A stretch of DNA of 64,000 bases from an uncultured Methanomicrobiales archaeon (GCA_963697895.1 OY969100.1:512001-576000), one strand, 5' to 3'; shown: positions 7,814-19,013, numbered from the stretch's first letter. The notes: generated from the sequence alone by a model not told the origin. Numbers and translations: made by a program.

Positions 7814-10405
7814 ATGCGGATCACATTGTTAAACGTCCTTCAAATTGCCTGTTTTTTGTTTATATTGATCGTGTTACCGGTATCTGCAGCGAACACGGGG
7901 GTAAACACGATCGCGCAGGGCGGGGAGGTGTTTATCGGCGAACAAGGCCTCGACATCACTGCCTGTGTGGGGAACGTAACGAATCTTGCATGGTTTGCCG
8001 GTGGGAGCAGACCCTCAACGGATGTACCCAGTTATGTTCTGACTATCGGTAACCCGGCAAACTTCTATGTCTCACCTTCGGTATTCGTCGAAAGGACCGG
8101 CAACTGGTACCAATGGACCGGGTCATCTCCTGCAGGGGGGGTGGCATTCAACGCGCTTGATCCATCCCTGGAGATGGCGATCATCTCGCAGCTGAACATG
8201 AATACCGTCTCGTATGGATCGATACCTCAGGGAGACTTCCTCAACTTCTGGGTTTCGACCAATATGTGGACCATCGCAACCCGCCCCGGCTATAACGCAT
8301 CTGTCGATGGCCCGTTCACGTTCAAAGTTAAATCACCCGACGGCACCATATTTACGGCGTTGTTCCAAAATGCCACGTATACGATCCCATTGACACGCGT
8401 CACGATAGACTCGTCGTATGCGACCTGGGTCCCCCTACCGCCTCCCTATAACGCGAACGGGTGGAACACCGGTGTAACCGACTCCTCAGGAACGAAGATA
8501 TACAAGACAGGGCTGTATGAGGCAACCCTCGAGTGTAACATCAATGGCATGAAGGACAATTACAAGGATCCGGATGGTTTGGACTATGTTGGGAAAACCA
8601 TTACCTATCCTCATGAAGTGAGTATCATATCCAACACCATCAGCATCACCACGAGCAACGATTCGGTTGTGAAGGGTAACCCGTTCTCGGTCACGATCGT
8701 TGGCCTGCCAAGCGCCCCCTACATCCTGTGGGTCAAGGGTACTGGCCAGATGACCGGTCTCCCCCAGGACCAGCCACCCTATATCCTATCATTCCAGAGC
8801 GGTCTGAAACGGGATCCCGTCAATGGACCCTATAACATCGGTGGCTACCAGTTCCAGGGCGGCGCAGGCCGGACGGTCAAGCAGGACGTTCCCGCTGTGC
8901 CAAGCAACGGTACTATCTACTATGGACTGGTGACCCTGAAGGACACAGGCGTCCGCACGATCGGCTGGCAGTCCACCCAGGATACCAAGGACCAGAAGTA
9001 CACCATCCGTGTCGAACGCGGCCCGCCGGGACCGAATGGTCTACCTGAGATCTTCACAGACGTCACGGAGTACAAGTCCGATGAAGTGGATGTCACAATA
9101 GAGAAGGGGACGGTCATGGTCGTTGCGTCCGGAGACCAGAGTTACTACCTCGGTGCGGAAGTCCAGTTGTCCGGTACGAACTCGGAGACCGACACGGTCT
9201 ACCTGTTCATCACGGGACCGAACCTCCCGGTTGCCGGGGGCCAGCTGACCGACCCGAGAGCACCGGTCGTAGATGGGGATCCCACAACATTCACCACCAC
9301 GTCCGTGCTCGATGACAACACCTGGAGTTACAAGTGGCAGACGGCAAACCTCAACGTCGATGCAGGTACATACACGATCTGGGCGGTATCAACCCCGAAT
9401 AACCGGGACAACCTCGGTAACACCCAGTACTCGACTGTATCGGTCATCATCAAGAAGCCGTTCGTGTCTGCAACCACCTCCGCATCGACCGTCGCCGCCG
9501 GTGACAAGTTGTATGTCCGCGGTGTTGCAGCCGGTCAGCCCTCTCCGGGAGTCGCCATCTGGGTTCTCGGAAAGAACTATGCAAGCTACAAGACAACGAC
9601 CGTGAACTCTGACGGCACCTTCTCGCAGGAGTACACCTCGGGAGAGACGTCACAGCTGGCAAGCGGCCAGTATTTCGTCGTCGTCCAGCACCCGATGTAC
9701 AATGACGTATTCGATGTGTACCCGTCCGGGCAAATATTCCCAGGCGGACCGTCGGTATTTGTCCAGAGCACCTACCCGACCCCCGGAAGCAACGTCTTCC
9801 AGTTGACCGGTCCGGGCAGTCTCCAGGGATCTGACGCGGCAGAGGCACTCGTTACCGCACTGAACAACCCCAGTGTTGACGATACCTATACCAAGCTCCA
9901 GTTCCTGATCGACACCCCGACGATCAACATCTTACCGATCCCGCAGCAGACGGTAGGCGACCAGTTTACCATCAAGGGAACAACGAACCTCGCGGTTGAT
10001 GACGAGATCAGCGTTCAGGTAACCTCCTCGTCCTTCCAGCCCACCCAGAAGACCCAGAGCGGGGAATTCAGCGGTGCCAGTGGCACGGTAAAGGTCGTGC
10101 AGGGAACGGGCGGATTGAACACCTGGTCATTCCCGGTCGATTCCAAGAACTTCCAGCCCGATGAGTACATCGTGGATGTCGAAGGCATCACCGTGACCGC
10201 ATCCGCAACCGCACTGTTTAATGTCGTTGCATATGTGCCGACCACGGTTCCGACCACGGTTGTAACGACCGTCCCGGTTACCAACGTAACCACCATTCCG
10301 ACCACCATACCCACCACGGTACCAACCACTACCCCCGGATTTGGTGCATTGATTGCCCTGGTCGGTCTTGGAGCAGTTGCATTCCTCGTCGTGAGGAAGC
10401 ACTAA
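7814..10405 (+). CDS. S-layer-type surface glycoprotein (DUF3821-like N-terminus, PGF-CTERM archaeosortase signal)
   Basis: Signal peptide, GGEVFIGEQGLD N-terminal motif, many N-x-S/T sequons, Thr-rich linker, PGFG-hydrophobic-RKH C-terminus. Confidence 0.85.
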   Translation: MRITLLNVLQIACFLFILIVLPVSAANTGVNTIAQGGEVFIGEQGLDITACVGNVTNLAWFAGGSRPSTDVPSYVLTIGNPANFYVSPSVFVERTGNWYQWTGSSPAGGVAFNALDPSLEMAIISQLNMNTVSYGSIPQGDFLNFWVSTNMWTIATRPGYNASVDGPFTFKVKSPDGTIFTALFQNATYTIPLTRVTIDSSYATWVPLPPPYNANGWNTGVTDSSGTKIYKTGLYEATLECNINGMKDNYKDPDGLDYVGKTITYPHEVSIISNTISITTSNDSVVKGNPFSVTIVGLPSAPYILWVKGTGQMTGLPQDQPPYILSFQSGLKRDPVNGPYNIGGYQFQGGAGRTVKQDVPAVPSNGTIYYGLVTLKDTGVRTIGWQSTQDTKDQKYTIRVERGPPGPNGLPEIFTDVTEYKSDEVDVTIEKGTVMVVASGDQSYYLGAEVQLSGTNSETDTVYLFITGPNLPVAGGQLTDPRAPVVDGDPTTFTTTSVLDDNTWSYKWQTANLNVDAGTYTIWAVSTPNNRDNLGNTQYSTVSVIIKKPFVSATTSASTVAAGDKLYVRGVAAGQPSPGVAIWVLGKNYASYKTTTVNSDGTFSQEYTSGETSQLASGQYFVVVQHPMYNDVFDVYPSGQIFPGGPSVFVQSTYPTPGSNVFQLTGPGSLQGSDAAEALVTALNNPSVDDTYTKLQFLIDTPTINILPIPQQTVGDQFTIKGTTNLAVDDEISVQVTSSSFQPTQKTQSGEFSGASGTVKVVQGTGGLNTWSFPVDSKNFQPDEYIVDVEGITVTASATALFNVVAYVPTTVPTTVVTTVPVTNVTTIPTTIPTTVPTTTPGFGALIALVGLGAVAFLVVRKH
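10238..10332 (+). repeat. Degenerate 12-nt tandem repeats encoding the PTTV/PTTI Thr-rich linker
   Basis: ccgaccacggtt ccgaccacggtt gtaacgaccgtc ... ccgaccaccata cccaccacggta. Confidence 0.7.
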
Positions 10406-10410
10406 ATCTA

Positions 10411-10440
10411 CATTTTTCCTCTTTTTCGTGTTTTTTTTCA
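10411..10440 (+). terminator. Oligo(T) archaeal terminator after the surface protein gene
   Basis: tttttcctctttttcgtgtttttttt immediately after the stop. Confidence 0.6.
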
Positions 10441-10793
10441 AAATAAAAAGGGATACGGCAATCACTTTCAGGAACCATATTTATGATTAATAGGAGAATG
10501 CATTCACGTAGGGATGCGATGGATCCGATGAAGAATTGAGTAAGAAAGAATAATGGGAGTCTCTGTCTCGGTCCTATTTTTATCGTTTTGCCCGTCTAAT
10601 GATATAAGTGATCCCTCCCTGACCATAGTCTGATGTGATGTCGGGATTCACGATAATGATGGGGCAAGATTCCCGCTCTGATTTTAAAGGATTGCTGGTG
10701 ATGAAACGGTTTTAAAACATGAAAATCGTTTTATGTGGGGTATTTTTCGTTCCGTCACCCGGATATTTTATAATTACACCACGATGGTCGGTC

Positions 10794-11420
10794 TCATCCG
10801 GCAGGGGGTTCCGGAGCATAACCCTTCACAAAGATCGGAATCCGGGTTATTTTTTTGTAGATCCGAATTTTCCGCCGAAGGTCACGATAATCATATATGA
10901 ACAGTTCGATGGTAGCCCAGAAGGTCACCCAGTTGGAGATCAGCAGGATAAATGCGATGAAAATAATGAAATATGTTACCGGAGGGATTGAACCGGTCTC
11001 TGCGAAGATATCCTGGAGTGCGAAGAATGTACTCAGACCCAGGATGACGAACAGGATTCCGGCAGTCATGGTCAGGATCATAAGGATGAGGCTGTATATG
11101 CCCTCCCTTCTGGTCAGTTTCAGGTTATGCTCGAGATCCGGTATCCTTCGGGCGAAGTGGCGCTGGATGGCCTGTGGGATCAGTGTTACCATATCGGATG
11201 GGAGTCCGGCCTTCGGGAGATCGATGCAAATCTCCAGAGGCTTTTTCGGTACGAATTCATCTGCATAACCAAATATCGTCTCTTCGGCCTCCTCCGTCAA
11301 CTCGGTATTAGGGAGCGGGCGGGGATCGGTTTCATCGAAGAGCTGGTTTTTTGCGTTAAAACCAAAACTGATTGTGACCATTCCGTTCCGCTCTAATTTT
11401 TCCACATCGATGATTCTCAC
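10794..11420 (-). CDS. Hypothetical membrane protein (2 C-terminal TM helices)
   Basis: LFDETDPRPLPNTELTEEAEETI N-terminus, two long hydrophobic segments, W-x3-W motif. Confidence 0.7.
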   Translation of the reverse strand: MRIIDVEKLERNGMVTISFGFNAKNQLFDETDPRPLPNTELTEEAEETIFGYADEFVPKKPLEICIDLPKAGLPSDMVTLIPQAIQRHFARRIPDLEHNLKLTRREGIYSLILMILTMTAGILFVILGLSTFFALQDIFAETGSIPPVTYFIIFIAFILLISNWVTFWATIELFIYDYRDLRRKIRIYKKITRIPIFVKGYAPEPPAG

Positions 11421-11604
11421 TAAAAATTGCCCGGATGAGCGGTATAGCAGTGTACCTATATGATTCTTTCACTTTGTGTCCGCCGGTATTTTGGATCCTT
11501 TCCGGGATGAAAAAGCGGCACAGGTATTATCCGGTTATGAAAAACGAAAATATATTCCGTACCTGCCCTAGGGCAGAGTCCGGATTGTTGTCTGATTTCG
11601 GAAC

Positions 11605-12442
11605 CTACGCGGGCACAAAATAGAGCATGTTCCCGTTTGTATCGGTAATTTTCATCTGATTGATGGTCTTTTCGTACGTCGACGCATTAGCGAGGATGCT
11701 CAGGTAGAGACTTTCCTGTGCACTGGTATCCTGACAGTATATGAGAGTAGAACCGATCGGCCCGATCGTGAGGGAATTCCCTGATGTAGTATACCCTCCA
11801 AAGTACCCGTTACACCCGCCATTCCCGGTCAGGTTCCCGTACGCAGCGAATACTGCGGTTATCTTCGATCCGGGAACCAGCGCCGACACGCTCGAGTTGC
11901 TCCCTATATCCGTAAGGGAATAACTGCCTATAATGGATAACGGAACCTCATGCTCATAGAGGAGCGATGTGTTTCCACCGGTATTGATGACCAGCGTGGT
12001 GTCATTGACCTGGAACGTAAAGGCATTCTGGAGCATTGCAATGTATGTTGTCTCCTGGATCATGATACCCGGCGGAGAGCCGCACGCCATCTTTGTCTGC
12101 CCTACCGCTCCGACCGTTATCATGTTCCCGGAGACCTGGTAGGATGAGAAGTAGTCTGTTGCACCCGGAAGACCCGGTAATCTCCCCATCGGTTCCGAAT
12201 ATGGCGGTGATGGTGGTACCGTTAAGGATGGGGATGCTGCCGGATTCACCCTGGATACCGGTCAGTGTCCATGTGCCATTCTGGAGAGGATTTCCTGGTA
12301 CCGGGGTTGCAGGAAGCGTTGCGGGAAACGCCGTCGGGGGCGGGGTGGTCAGAGGGGTTGTTGGGGGTTGCGGCTGTACACAACCCGCCGTCAGAACCGC
12401 GAATGATATGCAGAGGATACAGAGAACCATGTATAATTTCAT
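11605..12442 (-). CDS. Double META-domain lipoprotein, split by a +1 frameshift at ~12155
   Basis: Lipobox TAGC and META1 up to SSGCN in one frame; continues (S)YFSSYQ...META2 NGGCNGYFGGY in the other; removing 1 nt rejoins them. Confidence 0.85.
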
Positions 12443-12511
12443 ATACTACCATACCTCTCTGAAACGATAAAAAATTGTACTACCGGAATAAAAGATTGAT
12501 AAAAGGCAAAA

Positions 12512-12961
12512 TTATCCGGAATACTGTTGTTTCCGGAGTTCTGTCACCAGACGATTCAGGTTGCCGACCTGGTCTGGGGCGACGAATATCACCTGCTGAC
12601 CCTTCACGACGAGAAACCCTCCCGGTTTTCCTCTTCCGATCGTTTGGGCATAATATGTTTGTATCGCCACGTCCCGAGACTGAACGCTGTCAAATGTCTG
12701 TGTCTGCACTGCCAGGGTATTCCCGGAATAATCCTCCAACACGTAGATCTTCCCCCCGGTTGCGCCGGATAGCGGCCAAAGGACATCGGTGGAGTTTACC
12801 ACCGTAAGCCCGGCGGCCTGAGCCGCTTCACGCAGGGGTTCGCCGTTGACGGGATGGAACGACTCCGCAGGATATGCGAGGAAAATCCACCCGATGGGAA
12901 GGAGGAAGAAAATAATCAGGATGATAACGAGAGCGATTCCCGAATTGTCTCTCTCCTTCAT
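12512..12961 (-). CDS. Hypothetical membrane-anchored protein
   Basis: Likely start MKERDNSG, single N-terminal TM helix then soluble domain; downstream of the permease on the same strand. Confidence 0.65.
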   Translation of the reverse strand: MKERDNSGIALVIILIIFFLLPIGWIFLAYPAESFHPVNGEPLREAAQAAGLTVVNSTDVLWPLSGATGGKIYVLEDYSGNTLAVQTQTFDSVQSRDVAIQTYYAQTIGRGKPGGFLVVKGQQVIFVAPDQVGNLNRLVTELRKQQYSG

Positions 12962-13014
12962 GCCCGGCCTCGGTTTCGTGCAGTATAATCTGTTGATCTC
13001 ATTTGATTCACTCC

Positions 13015-14457
13015 TTATTGTTCCCGGGTCTCCACCCAGCTGGGCTTTTTCATCTTCAGGAAGATGATCGGCGGAACGGCAAGAACAAACGTACCAAACA
13101 GGACAGCGAGCACATACCCGATTGTGCTCCCGTACCCGAGTGCCGGCGGTATGAGTCCGACGACAAAGGCGAATATCACGCCAAAAGCCCCGAGACCTCC
13201 TACCACCCATACACCCACTTTCCCCCCGGGAATTTTAAACGGCCGTGGTGCATCAGGCTTACTGTACCGGAGCTTGATCAGCGAGAAGAAGATCAGGGTG
13301 TACACGATGCAGAGCAGCTCGACAGTCATCGCTGACAGAATCCAGTATGCCTGGTTCACCGAAGGCATAAAGACGTAGAGCAGGGAGAGGAAGCTGCCGA
13401 TGACTGCCTGGATGACCAGCACTGCCACCGGGGACCCGTGCTTGTTGGTACGGTTGAAGATCGGGGGCATGTTTCCCTCCTGTGCGACGATGCCGAGGCC
13501 CAGAGCCGGACCGATAAGCCATGCAGCCAGGTTTACGGTACCGCCGATGGTGATCAGAATCGCAAGTGGGGCGACCATCCAGGAAATATTAAACGCAGTG
13601 AAGAAATACTGGATCGCCTGCATTACTCCTGAAGCAAGATTGAGTTCATCAGCCGGTATCACAAAGGCGATTGCCAGGGTAGCGAGCACGGTCAGGAGAA
13701 AGATGATCAACGCCGAGATCATCATCGCCCGGGGAAAGTCCTTCTGAGGATTCCTGACTTCCAGCGCGTGGAACCCGGCCATCTCCATACCGGCGAAGAG
13801 CAGGATCACGGTTGCGAAGAAAGGGAGGGTTGCAAGGTTAATCGTTGGAACCAGCTCTCCCCATGAAAATGGGGGCAGGACCGTTGCCGAGCCAGACACC
13901 AGCCAGATGAACCCGAAGATCACGATCACAATACAGGGGATGATCCCGCCGAGGATTACTCCAATGTTGGTGAACCTTGAGGATACATTTTCTCCGAAAT
14001 AGGCGATTGCCGTGGTCCCCCAGAAGGCGATCATCATCACCGTGAACATGTAGAGCCCGCTGTTTGCAAGGACCGGCGTCAATGCGAATGCGAGAGTGGA
14101 TGCAATAAATGCCAGAACGGTAGGGAACCAGACGAGGTTGTTTGACCATTCGCAGAAGACAGCGATGAACCCATTTCTCTCGCCGAGCCCCTGTTTCACC
14201 CAGGCATACACACCCCCGCCGACATCCGGCATCATCGTGGCCAGCTCGGCCCCGGCGAGCGAGATAGGAATGAGAAAGAGGACAGTTCCGATCACGTACC
14301 AGCCGACGGACGACCACCCGTACTCGGCCATTGAGGGAAAATTCCTGATACTGAGGACCGCAGCGACGTTGATCATGGCGAGAGCAAAGATACCCAGCAC
14401 TTTCACTTTCTGTGACGCAATGCCCGGTTTCAGCGGCGCAGTGGTATCTTCACTCAT
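13015..14457 (-). CDS. APC-family amino acid permease/antiporter (GadC-like)
   Basis: About 12 hydrophobic helices, AELATMMP..GGGVYAWV, FAGME, RPFKIPGG. Confidence 0.9.
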   Translation of the reverse strand: MSEDTTAPLKPGIASQKVKVLGIFALAMINVAAVLSIRNFPSMAEYGWSSVGWYVIGTVLFLIPISLAGAELATMMPDVGGGVYAWVKQGLGERNGFIAVFCEWSNNLVWFPTVLAFIASTLAFALTPVLANSGLYMFTVMMIAFWGTTAIAYFGENVSSRFTNIGVILGGIIPCIVIVIFGFIWLVSGSATVLPPFSWGELVPTINLATLPFFATVILLFAGMEMAGFHALEVRNPQKDFPRAMMISALIIFLLTVLATLAIAFVIPADELNLASGVMQAIQYFFTAFNISWMVAPLAILITIGGTVNLAAWLIGPALGLGIVAQEGNMPPIFNRTNKHGSPVAVLVIQAVIGSFLSLLYVFMPSVNQAYWILSAMTVELLCIVYTLIFFSLIKLRYSKPDAPRPFKIPGGKVGVWVVGGLGAFGVIFAFVVGLIPPALGYGSTIGYVLAVLFGTFVLAVPPIIFLKMKKPSWVETREQ

Positions 14458-14458
14458 T

Positions 14459-16760
14459 TCAGCCCTCCCTGATACAATACATCATGTAATCGCCTTTGAT
14501 ATTTTCAACACCGTGGGTGTCGTGTTCGAATCCCGGGAACTGGTTGTCAAAGTCCTGCATGGATTTAAGGTATTGGAGGAGGGGTTCGCTGAGGTTTCCC
14601 GTCATCTCACCGGGGGCCAGGAGCGGGATCCCGGGAGGATACGGTACGATCCCGGTTGCCACAACCCGGTTGCCTGCCTGTGAGATCGGGATACGTTCCA
14701 CCTCACCCCGAACAAGTTTCCTGAACGCTTCAGAATAGGGAATAACCGGATCCGGGAGGATCGAGAACGCCTCCTGGAGCAGTTCACACATCCGGTGTTT
14801 TTTCTTGAAGCGGTGCATCTCATCGGTAAGGCTCTTTAAGGTCATGCCGCCGTACCGGTCCGGGTAAGCACCCTTGAGATCGGGAAAAATCTCTTCAAGC
14901 GGGGTTTCCTCGTCATAATGGCGTTTGAATTCGAAGAGCTCGGTAATCAGGGTACCCCATTTGCCTTTTGTATTGCCCATTGAGAAGAGGAACAGGATAA
15001 TATAATCCCCGGATTTCTCGTTCACGATCCCCCGCGTGTCAAGGAACTTGACGACGACTGCTGCCGGAATCCCCCACATATCCAGGGAACCATCGTCATT
15101 CACCCCCGGCATAACCACGGTGACCTTGATCGGGTCCAGCATGCAGTACCCGTCAGGGAGCCCGGAGAACCCGTGCCATGTATCATGGGGATGCAAAATC
15201 CATGCGGACGGGTTGTCCCGGAGCAGTTCTATAGAGGCATCAGCGAACATTACCTTTTTTTTCGACTGGGGATCGGTAATCATATCAGGCTGCCACATCC
15301 CGAACCACCAGTCTTTCGACTTCTTACCGCATATTTCCCGGTAAATTCGGGCCATCGTGCGCCGGAACCGGATCGCTTCCTCGATCGATTCTGTGGTAAG
15401 GACCCGTCCTGCTGCCCCGTCCATCATTTTTGAGGAGACATCCAGGGATGCAATGATGGTATAAAGGGGAGAAGTGGAGCTGATGCATCATGAACCCTTC
15501 ATTGAACCGGGAGTGCTCTATGGGAATTCTCCCATTCCTGATATGAACCATGGAAGCCTGGGAGAGGGCTGCAAGCAGTTTATGCGTGGACTGTGTCGCA
15601 AAAACCGTCGGGCCGTCCGGGTCCCGTGCCCCTTCCCGCATGGCAAACCGTTCATGGTACAGCAGATTGAACCGGGCATACCCGTACCATGCTTCATCGT
15701 AGTGGATACTGTCGACACTCTTTCCAAGGACCTCCTCGACCTGTGTGGCGTGGTAGCATAGCCCGTCGTATGTCGAGTTCGTGATGATCGCGTGCATGGG
15801 TTTTTTACTTTTCATGCTCTTCGTCAACGGACATGCGGCAATCTTAGCCTCTATCTTCTGGGGTTCCATCTCATCCGGGGGAATCGGCCCGATAATCCCG
15901 TACCGGTTCCGGGTGGGGTTCATGAACACAGCGACCGAATGTGTCATCGTCAGGGCATGTTCGGCCGATTTATGGCAGTTCCGGTCAACCAGTACGATAT
16001 CGTCTTTTGTCACCCTGCCGAAGAACACGATCTTGTTTGCAGTGGAAGTGCCGTTTGTGACAAAATAGGTCATGTCTGCACCGAATACCTTCGCCGCATA
16101 CCGTTCGGCCTCACCGATCGGCCCCGAATGATCGAGCAGCGATCCCAGCTCCCCGACCGATATGGAGAGATCGGACCTGAACAGCTGCTCTCCAAAGAAT
16201 TTGAAGAACAATCGTCCTGCCGGGGACTTCCGGAATGCCGTGCCACCGGCGTGGCCAGGAGTGTGCCACGAGTACTCGAAATCCTTCGAGAACCTGACCA
16301 GAGCACCAAAGAACGGGGGCAGAAGGCTCTCCTTGTACCGGTTTGCCGCCGCTGTTATGCGCCCGGCGATGAACTCGGGGGTATCGTCCATGATATAGAT
16401 ATATTCACTGATCTCCCGAATCGTGTCGACGGTGAGTTCGTTCGGGGTCTCGAACGTCGGGTCCGCCATAAGGAAGAGGGGGATGTCTTCGTTGCGCTGG
16501 CGGATCTCGCGGATAAGTAATGCCGCATCGTTATGGGCCTTGGTCGTAATTCCCCCCAGATTCCAGTTGATCAGAATGCAATCGGCCTCCGGCAGGTTTG
16601 CATATGCGGACCGGGCGCCTTCGAGCGATCCGATGGTAAAGACCTGGATGTCAAACCCGGTGAGCCCGTCCACGATCCGCTGAATCGTCCGGCCGTGGGG
16701 GGTCTCGGTATGGATGGTATCATCGACGATAACCACCGTCAGTTTCTCTTCCGCGTTCAT
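14459..16760 (-). CDS. Orn/Lys/Arg decarboxylase (fold-type I PLP, AdiA/CadA-like with N-terminal wing domain), +1 frameshift at ~15482
   Basis: WHTPGHAGG, VTNGTSTANK, VDRNCHKS, HYDEAWYGY, TQSTHKLL (PLP Lys), MMH/SSTSPLY across the break, LDPIKVT, PYPPGIP, FPGFEHD. Confidence 0.9.
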
Positions 16761-16846
16761 CGGAAATGCCCTCCCGGTTCTTTGATCACGGGTTTGCGCG
16801 TTCCCCAGTACCATCCGTCATATGAATCTCGAACCCGTTCCTTCAT
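16757..16846 (-). CDS. Putative 29-aa upstream peptide MKERVRDSYDGWYWGTRKPVIKEPGGHFR
   Basis: GAGGAGG SD 7 nt before ATG; stop overlaps the decarboxylase start (ATGA). Confidence 0.45.
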   Translation of the reverse strand: MKERVRDSYDGWYWGTRKPVIKEPGGHFR

Positions 16847-17449
16847 TCCTGTTCCTCCTCAAATATCGCAATATGCAGAGCAAGAGCACGTTATTTATCT
16901 GTATAGAACGCATTTTTTTGGCGATCTGAGAAATAATCCCGGTCCCTCCTCTAAGGAGTGCCCTTTTCATCGGTGTTATTTAAAGTTTATTATTTTATCT
17001 GGGGTATTTTCGAACAAAACTCCTTCCAGGACATTTTTCTCTGACCGGTTCGTTCTCCAGTTCAGCGTTCGGAAATCTTTTCATGTGTGAACCTGGTAAC
17101 AAATCAACCGCTTTTCGCGACCTCCTCGAAGGGGATAATGATGCAAGGTTTCGATAAGAGTTTCATCCCGCCACGTGAGATGACCTGATCACAGAACGGA
17201 CGCCAGCCATAATGAATGAAAGATCCCGGTTATCCATTTCCATCTTTTCATAGCTCGGCGAATCAGACCTGTTCGCAGTGGGATCTCCGAGAAGTGAATA
17301 AAAAAATGATAATGGGGGTCTCTTCCGCGGGAAGGAGCGTTTCCGGGTGGTCGATGATTATGAATAAAGATACTCTCTCCATCTCTTATGATCCCCCTTC
17401 TCAACTATCACCGATACTCATTGATACGAGAAACACCTTTATTTCAGTT

Positions 17450-17953
17450 ATGGACTTGAATGATCCGGATTTCATCAGGCAGGAGCTGGTCAATGCCGCG
17501 AAAAACTGGCTTGCGATAGACGGCCTTTGGTTTCTTGCCGTGGAAGAACGGTACGGTCTCGATGCAGCGATTGCATGTGACCTGGATGCCTGGCAGCAGT
17601 TTTCCGTGATCGAGGCACGCCGCATCAAGTATCTGCTGGGCCTTCCGGAGAACGGGGGGCTGGATGCCCTGGAACGTGCCCTGCCACACCGGTTGTTTGC
17701 CTATGTCAATGAGCAGGAAATCCGGCGTCCGGACGATCACACGCTGCTTTTCTTCATGAATACATGCCGGACTCAGACAGCCCGTGATAAGAAGGAATTG
17801 CCATTATTTCCCTGCAAAGAGATCGGGATAATGGATCACACCCAATTTGCGCGGACCATCGATACCAGAATAGAAACCACCTGCATCACCTGTCCGCCAG
17901 ATCCACCTGAGAAAGGCATTTGTTGCGGATGGAGATTTCTGCTTCGCCGGTAG
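17450..17953 (+). CDS. DUF6125-like protein (Cys-containing, V4R-like)
   Basis: KNWLAIDGLWF, CRTQ, FPCK, CITCPPD, CCGWRF; start MDLNDP chosen. Confidence 0.7.
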   Translation: MDLNDPDFIRQELVNAAKNWLAIDGLWFLAVEERYGLDAAIACDLDAWQQFSVIEARRIKYLLGLPENGGLDALERALPHRLFAYVNEQEIRRPDDHTLLFFMNTCRTQTARDKKELPLFPCKEIGIMDHTQFARTIDTRIETTCITCPPDPPEKGICCGWRFLLRR

Positions 17954-17972
17954 GCAAAGGTCCCTTCGATGC

Positions 17973-18620
17973 TCATAATGGAATAAACAGACGGTGAAAA
18001 CCCAGAGAGACCAGAATGACGAGGACAGAGGCGATCAGCCATCCGATCAGCATACAGATAATGGATAATAACCGGTTCCACTGGAAGATCCAGGCAATAA
18101 GCGGGCTGCCATAGAGAGCGATTCCCGGGATCCAGATGATGGGAATGAGCATGAACGCACCGTACTTCTTCAGAACCGTGTAGTTCTCCATTTTTCTTTC
18201 GATCTTACTGAGCCATCCCGCAACCCGTGCTGAACTCTGTGCGAAGAGGTCGCAGATCTCCAGAATCCCAATAATTACTGCGAGGGCCACTGACGTGGTG
18301 ATGGCGAGTAACACCAGCGGATCAACCGAAAGGCCGATACCGACAATGTCAGCCGCTGCCTGCAGGACAAATGTCGCGCTGATCAATGCAAAGACCGTGG
18401 ATAAGGGCACCGCGAAGATGTAGCCAATCAGAAGAGGAATAACGAGTGCGAACAGGATAATGAGGGCGATGGCTCGGAGTATCCGGTAATAACAACCGAT
18501 TCTCGTAATCCCGATGACGCATCGTTCGATTGCGCTCAGCTCTGCCATGTACATACGTTCCTTTCCGTAAAGTTCATCAGAAACCTTTCCCTCCATCCGA
18601 TCCGGGGGAGGCCAAACCAT
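17973..18620 (-). CDS. Membrane protein (small multidrug-export-like)
   Basis: 5-6 TM segments, KKYGAFMLIPIIWIPGIALYG motif; start uncertain. Confidence 0.65.
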   Translation of the reverse strand: MVWPPPDRMEGKVSDELYGKERMYMAELSAIERCVIGITRIGCYYRILRAIALIILFALVIPLLIGYIFAVPLSTVFALISATFVLQAAADIVGIGLSVDPLVLLAITTSVALAVIIGILEICDLFAQSSARVAGWLSKIERKMENYTVLKKYGAFMLIPIIWIPGIALYGSPLIAWIFQWNRLLSIICMLIGWLIASVLVILVSLGFHRLFIPL

Positions 18621-19013
18621 CTGTCCTGAACGCCGGCGAGCTGACCAGAACCATCATCATCCTGTATACATCCTCTTAATTATTTTCAGGAATGCCGGTG
18701 AAGCCATACACCTATTCGGTATGGTACATTTTTCCTATGTACATATAATGCTGCGGAGCTCGGGACGTCTCATCAGATAGACAAACATCCGGTCTATAGG
18801 GGGATATCACCTTGTGAAGTGAAGGACCGGTCATCCTGACCATTGCTGGATAGACGGTTATCAACAGAGGCAAGGGGAAAAAAGAACCTTATAATCTTTC
18901 CGCACCGGGAATTGTGCTGTCTCACCCAAAAGGCATAAAAATACAGAACGGCTATTCCTCTCGTACGACCCGGTACCCGGGTATACCGGTCGGTATTTTA
19001 TGGGTGATAAACG

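Noticed and set aside
14524-14535. TTCGAATCCCGG matches the tRNA-Arg T-arm, a possible attR of an island integrated at the tRNA
   Set aside because: Only 12 nt, lies inside the conserved FPGFEHD codons of the decarboxylase, and no integrase is present
18964-18992. Imperfect palindrome gacccggtacccgggtataccggtc upstream of the flavin-binding gene
   Set aside because: Single GC-rich imperfect instance with no second copy or linked regulator
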